Origin: Eledone cirrhosa
Taxonomy: Eukaryota
Length of the DNA: 64,000 nucleotides
Direction: 5' to 3'
Assembly (NCBI GenBank): GCA_964016885.1
Contig: OZ024747.1
Coordinates: 10,726,001-10,790,000, forward strand
The notes beneath the pieces were generated by a model, which saw nothing but the letters and a program-made list of their open reading frames with translations, searched no databases and was not told where the DNA came from. A program made the position numbers and the translations under genes. Shown here one piece after another: positions 59,810 to 64,000 of this stretch. How positions within the stretch are numbered: position 1 is the stretch's first letter; each line of letters begins with the position of its first letter.

Positions 59810-60265
59810 TGCTGCTGCTGTTGTTATTACCTCTAATGATAGTAGGGAGGTGGTGGTAACAGTGATGGCGGCAGTGAGAGGAGTAGTAAGAGCTAGTTGA
59901 ACTAAGACGAGATTGTTAATGCTGATACTGCTGCTGTTGTTACTACCTCTAATGATAATAGTAAAGTGGTGATGGTAGTGATGACGGCGGCAATGAGAGG
60001 AATAGTAAGAGGTAGTCGTAGTTAGACGAGGTTGTTGATGCTACTGCTGCTGCTGTTACTACCTCTAATGATAGTAGTAGGGTGGTGGCAGTAGCGATGA
60101 TGGCGACAGTGAGAGGAGTAGTAAGAGTAGTTGAAGTAATACGAGGTTGTTAATGCTGCTACTGCTGCTGTTGCTGTTACTACCTCTAATGGTCGTAGTA
60201 GAGTGGTGGTGGTGGTGGTGATGGTGGCGGCAGTGAGAGGAATAGTAAGAAGTTGTTGATGCTAT
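59810..60265. repeat. Diverged tandem repeat of about 117-120 bp, 4 copies, upstream of Smad6/7
   Basis: TACCTCTAATG recurs at about 59828, 59944, 60060 and 60181, each followed by GGCGRCARTGAGAGGARTAGTAAGA. Confidence 0.85.
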
Positions 60266-60311
60266 TACTGCTGATACTGCTGCTGCTGTTGTTTTGTTCA
60301 ATGGTGGAGAT

Positions 60312-60327
60312 GGCGGCAGTCTGTCTG
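60312..60327 (+). promoter_or_regulatory. Candidate BMP-Smad composite site GRCGNC(N5)GTCTG
   Basis: GGCGGC-AGTCT-GTCTG is an exact match, about 1.8 kb upstream of the Smad6/7 ATG. Confidence 0.45.
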
Positions 60328-61707
60328 AGGAATGGGCAGAGTAGTTTATGTGAGAGGAGGTTGTTAATACTACTGTTGTTGAGCTTATTAGCAGTGGTGG
60401 CGTTGGCAGTGCTGTTGGCGTCAGTAGGAGGAGTGGTGAGAGTAGTTTACGTGAGAGATGGTCGTTAATGCTGCTGCTGATGATGATGGTGATGATGGGT
60501 TGCTGTTGTTGTTGGCGGTGTTATTGGCGACAGTTAGAGGTGTGGTGAGAGTAGTTTACGTGAGGCATGGTTGATTATGCTGTTGCTAATGCTGCTGCTG
60601 ATGATGGGCTGCTGTTGTTGTTGTTGGCGATGCTGGCGGTGTTAGTGGCGACAGTTAGAGGAGTGGTGAGAGTGTAGGTAGAAACGGTGAGAATAAATAG
60701 TAGAAATAGTGATAGTATTATTGTAGAGGGAGGAGTGACGAACAGAATAGGAGACAGAGAGAGGAGGATACGGGGAGAGTTGATGATATTTTATTAAAAG
60801 TATTAGTGTTGATGGCGGCAGTAAGAGTAATAGTGCGAGTAGAGGGAGAGTGTATTAATGGTGGTGGGAGTAGAGATGGCGAGTGTGATGATAATGGGAG
60901 AGGGGGAAGGAATGATGTGTGATGTAGTCGTGATGATGGTGGTGATGGGGGTAGTGGTGGTGGTGGTAGCAGTGGTGGTGGAGATGGTCAGTGATGTGAA
61001 AGGTGGAGATGGGGCGGCGGAGAAGTGTAAAGCAGTGTGGAGGGAAGGTGGTGGAGTCAAAGGTATTGATGGTGGTGGCGTCAGAAGTCTGAATGGTGTG
61101 TATGGCAGTAATGGCGGCGATGGGGCTGAGGATGGTTGAAAACAATCAGCAGAGAGAAAGAAAAAGAGTGTATGTAAGAGAGAGAGGGGGTTAGATAGAA
61201 AGTGGGAGGAAGAGCGGCGTGACAGCGGGTTGTGAAGTGGAGAAGAATGAAGGAAACTAAGGTAGAAGGGAGGAAGGTAAAAGAAGGTTAAACGAAAGTA
61301 GAGAGGGGGGTAGTGAGTGGCAGGGAGAGGATGAATGGTTGTATAGGTGAGGGTGGTGGGAATGATGGTGATAGTGGTGGTGATGGTGGTGGCGGTTCCT
61401 GGTGGCGGTGGTGGTGGTAGTGATAGGAATGGGAGTGATGGTGAGAGTGGTAGTGGTGGATATAGTGGTGGTGGTGGAGGTAGTGATGGTGGAAATGGTG
61501 GTGGTGGTCGTGGAGGTGGAAGATTAGACAAGCAAAAATAAATAAATAAATATAGTGGCGTCTCGAGAGTTTTTTACCCGAATGAAGGAGCCAACAAGGT
61601 GGTGTCGTTAGTGGCGGTGGTGGAGATGTTGGTGGTGTGGAGTAGTGGTGGAGATGGTGGAGTGGTGATGGTGGTGGTGGTGATGGTGGTGGATATGGTG
61701 GTGGTTG

Positions 61708-61753
<46 letters not shown>

Positions 61754-61934
61754 CTTAGTAGTATAATGGTGGTAGGAGTTTAAGACCTGGTAGTTAGTGG
61801 TGGTGTTAGTAATGGTAGCGATGTCGATGGTAGCGTTGGTGATTTTTGTTGTTATTTAGTGCTTGATGTTATTGGTAATATATAGAGCAGGCAGATATGT
61901 CAAGTGTGATGGAGACGATCTAATTGGCATTAGT

Positions 61935-62462
61935 AATAATTGTTTCTACTTTTGGCACAAGGCCAGCAATGTTCCAGTACATTACTGGTACTTTATTTTA
62001 TCGACCCCGTAAGGATGAAAGGAAAAGTTAACCTCGACGGGATTTGAACTCAGACCGTAAAGGGACGTCACTAGGCTGGAAAGCATGGCGTCCGAGTGAC
62101 AATAGTGCTGGTATAGAACATGTATGTATATTATTAGATTGGCAGTATCGGTAGAGGGTCGGACGCCATGCTTTCCAGCATAGTTACGTCCCTTTACGAT
62201 CTGAGTTCAAATCCCGCCGAGGTTAACTTTGCCTTTCATCCTTACGGGGTCGATAAAATAAAGTACCAGTAATGAACTGGGTAATTGCTGGCCTTGTGCC
62301 TAAAGTAGAAACAATTATTAGTAGAGGACATATATTATTAGTCTGAGTTCAAATCCCGCTGAGGTTAACTTTGCCTTTCATCCTTACGAAGTTGATAAAA
62401 TAAAGTACCAGTAATGTACTGGGTAATTTGCTGGCCTTGTGCCTAAAGTAGAAACAATTATT
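61935..62462. mobile_element. Cluster of three SINE copies (one minus, two plus)
   Basis: 61935-62095 (-), 62138-62320 (+), 62342-62462 (+). Confidence 0.9.
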
Positions 62463-62860
62463 AGTAGAGGACATAGTATTGGTCTAAATGGCGTTACAAA
62501 TAGTATAAGGGCAATAGTATAGTGACAATAGTGTTGGTATAGAACATGTTTGTATATTATTAGTAGAGGACATAGTATTGGTCTAAATGGCGTTACAAAT
62601 AGTGTAAGGGCAATAGTATAGTGACAATAGTGCTGGTATAGAACATGTATGTATATTATTAGTAGAGGACATAGTATTGGTCTAAATGGCGTTACAAATA
62701 GTATAGAGGCAATAGTATAGAGGCAATATTATAGGGACAATAGTATAGTGACAATAGTATAGGGGCAATAGTATAGTGACAACAGTATAGTGACAATACT
62801 ATAGGGGCAATAGTATAAGGACAATAGTATAGTGACAATAGTATAGTGACAATAGTGGTG
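62460..62860. repeat. Tandem duplications of about 100 bp followed by 14-bp (GACAATAGTATAGT) repeats
   Basis: TAGTAGAGGACATAGTATTGGTCTAAATGGCGTTACAAATAG occurs three times, then short units follow. Confidence 0.85.
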
Positions 62861-63200
62861 GTATAGAACAGGTATATTATAACAGGTCAGAATTATAGTG
62901 TTGGTTTAAGTTTTGATAGAATGATGGTGGTGGCGCCTGTTGGTTTGGGTGCTATTGTGTGTAGAGGTTGATGGTTGTCAGATAACTAGAGGGACACTAG
63001 TAGTATAGTGGTGGTATTAGGGGGGGAGAGGGGGGAGAGAGACAGTATAGGGGTGGTATTAGTGGTGGAGAGGGACACTAACTATATAGGGATGTAATTA
63101 GTGCTGGTATGATAAAAAACGTTTCTTCAGGTACCTACCTGTACAGGTAGATGTTGTACGTGGTGGCGGTGGTTGGGGGGGGGGGGTAATATAGTGTTAC

Positions 63201-63282
63201 AATAATTGTTTCTACTGTTGGCACAAGGCCAGCAATTACCCAGTACATTACTGGTACTTTATTTTATCGACCCCCCGTAAGG
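63201..63282 (-). mobile_element. Main SINE, 3-prime fragment
   Basis: AATAATTGTTTCTAC...TTTTATCGACCCCCCGTAAGGA. Confidence 0.85.
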
Positions 63283-64000
63283 AGTAGAGAGACTTAATGT
63301 GTGGGTTTGGTACTGGTTGTGGTGTTGTGGTAGTAGTAGTAGTAGTGGTGGTGGTGGTGGTGGTGGTGGTGGTGGTGGTGGTGGTGGTGGTGGTGGTGGT
63401 GGTGGTGGTAGTGGTGGTGGTGGTGGTGGTGGTGGTGGTGACTTGGTCGGAGACAGCGGCAAGGTCCCTTGCCATCTATCTCTCAGCCCGTATATCTGAC
63501 CGTTCCAAGGAAGAGGTGGGGTGGGAGTAGAGAGGGAGGGAAGGGTGGAGTGGAGTGGAGGCCGGAGGGGGGGGGGGGGGGGGGTTGAGGGGGAGTAGTG
63601 AGTGGGGGCGCTGGTGAAGGTGGTGGTGGTGATGGTGGTGGAGATTGTGGCGGTGGAGATGGTGGTGGTGGTGGTGGTGGTGGTGGTGGTGGTGGTGGTG
63701 GAGCTGGTGGTGGAGATTGTGGCGGTGGAGATGGTGGCGGTGGAGATGGTGGTGATGGTGATGGTGGGGATGGTGGTGGTGGTGGTGGAGATGGTGGCGG
63801 AGATTGTGGCGGTGGAGATGGTGGTGGTGGAGATGGTGGTGGAGATTGTGGCAGTGGAGATGGTGGTGATGGTGGTGGTGGTGATGGTGGTGGTGACAGT
63901 GGTGGAGATTGTGGCGGTGGTGATGATGGTGGTGGTGGTGGTGGTGGTGGTGGTGGTGGTGGTGGTGGTGGTGGTGGTGGTGGTGGTGGAGATGGTTGTG

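Noticed and set aside
60803-61531. 242-aa Pro-rich ORF, and the His/Thr-rich ORFs at 23368-24065
   Set aside because: They derive from GGT/GAT low-complexity sequence, have no domain, and are open in multiple frames.

Overview
Eukaryotic, microsatellite-rich DNA whose repeat content points to an octopod cephalopod (inference). The only convincing host gene is the first coding exon of an inhibitory Smad (Smad6/7, Dad-like) on the minus strand (ATG at 58524, splice donor after 57558). I could not identify a second exon, so most of 1-57557 is probably one very large intron. The region holds more than 20 copies of a tRNA-derived SINE, decayed LINE pieces (RTE, Penelope-like RT, probable Tx1), Helitron-type and Tc1-type non-autonomous elements, many minisatellites and long (TA)n/(CA)n tracts that produce almost all listed ORFs as artefacts. 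The most notable pattern is a set of sequence-unrelated short non-coding elements in or beside (TA)n tracts. They share one architecture: a complete or truncated type I hammerhead ribozyme, an inverted fold-back copy of that region, and usually a TGAGTRCT-like motif in the tail. They resemble Penelope-like pseudo-LTR derivatives. Candidate Mad/Medea (BMP-Smad) sites and upstream ATGs occur around the Smad6/7 exon. All calls come from reading the sequence; no searches or folding programs were run, and repeat boundaries are approximate.
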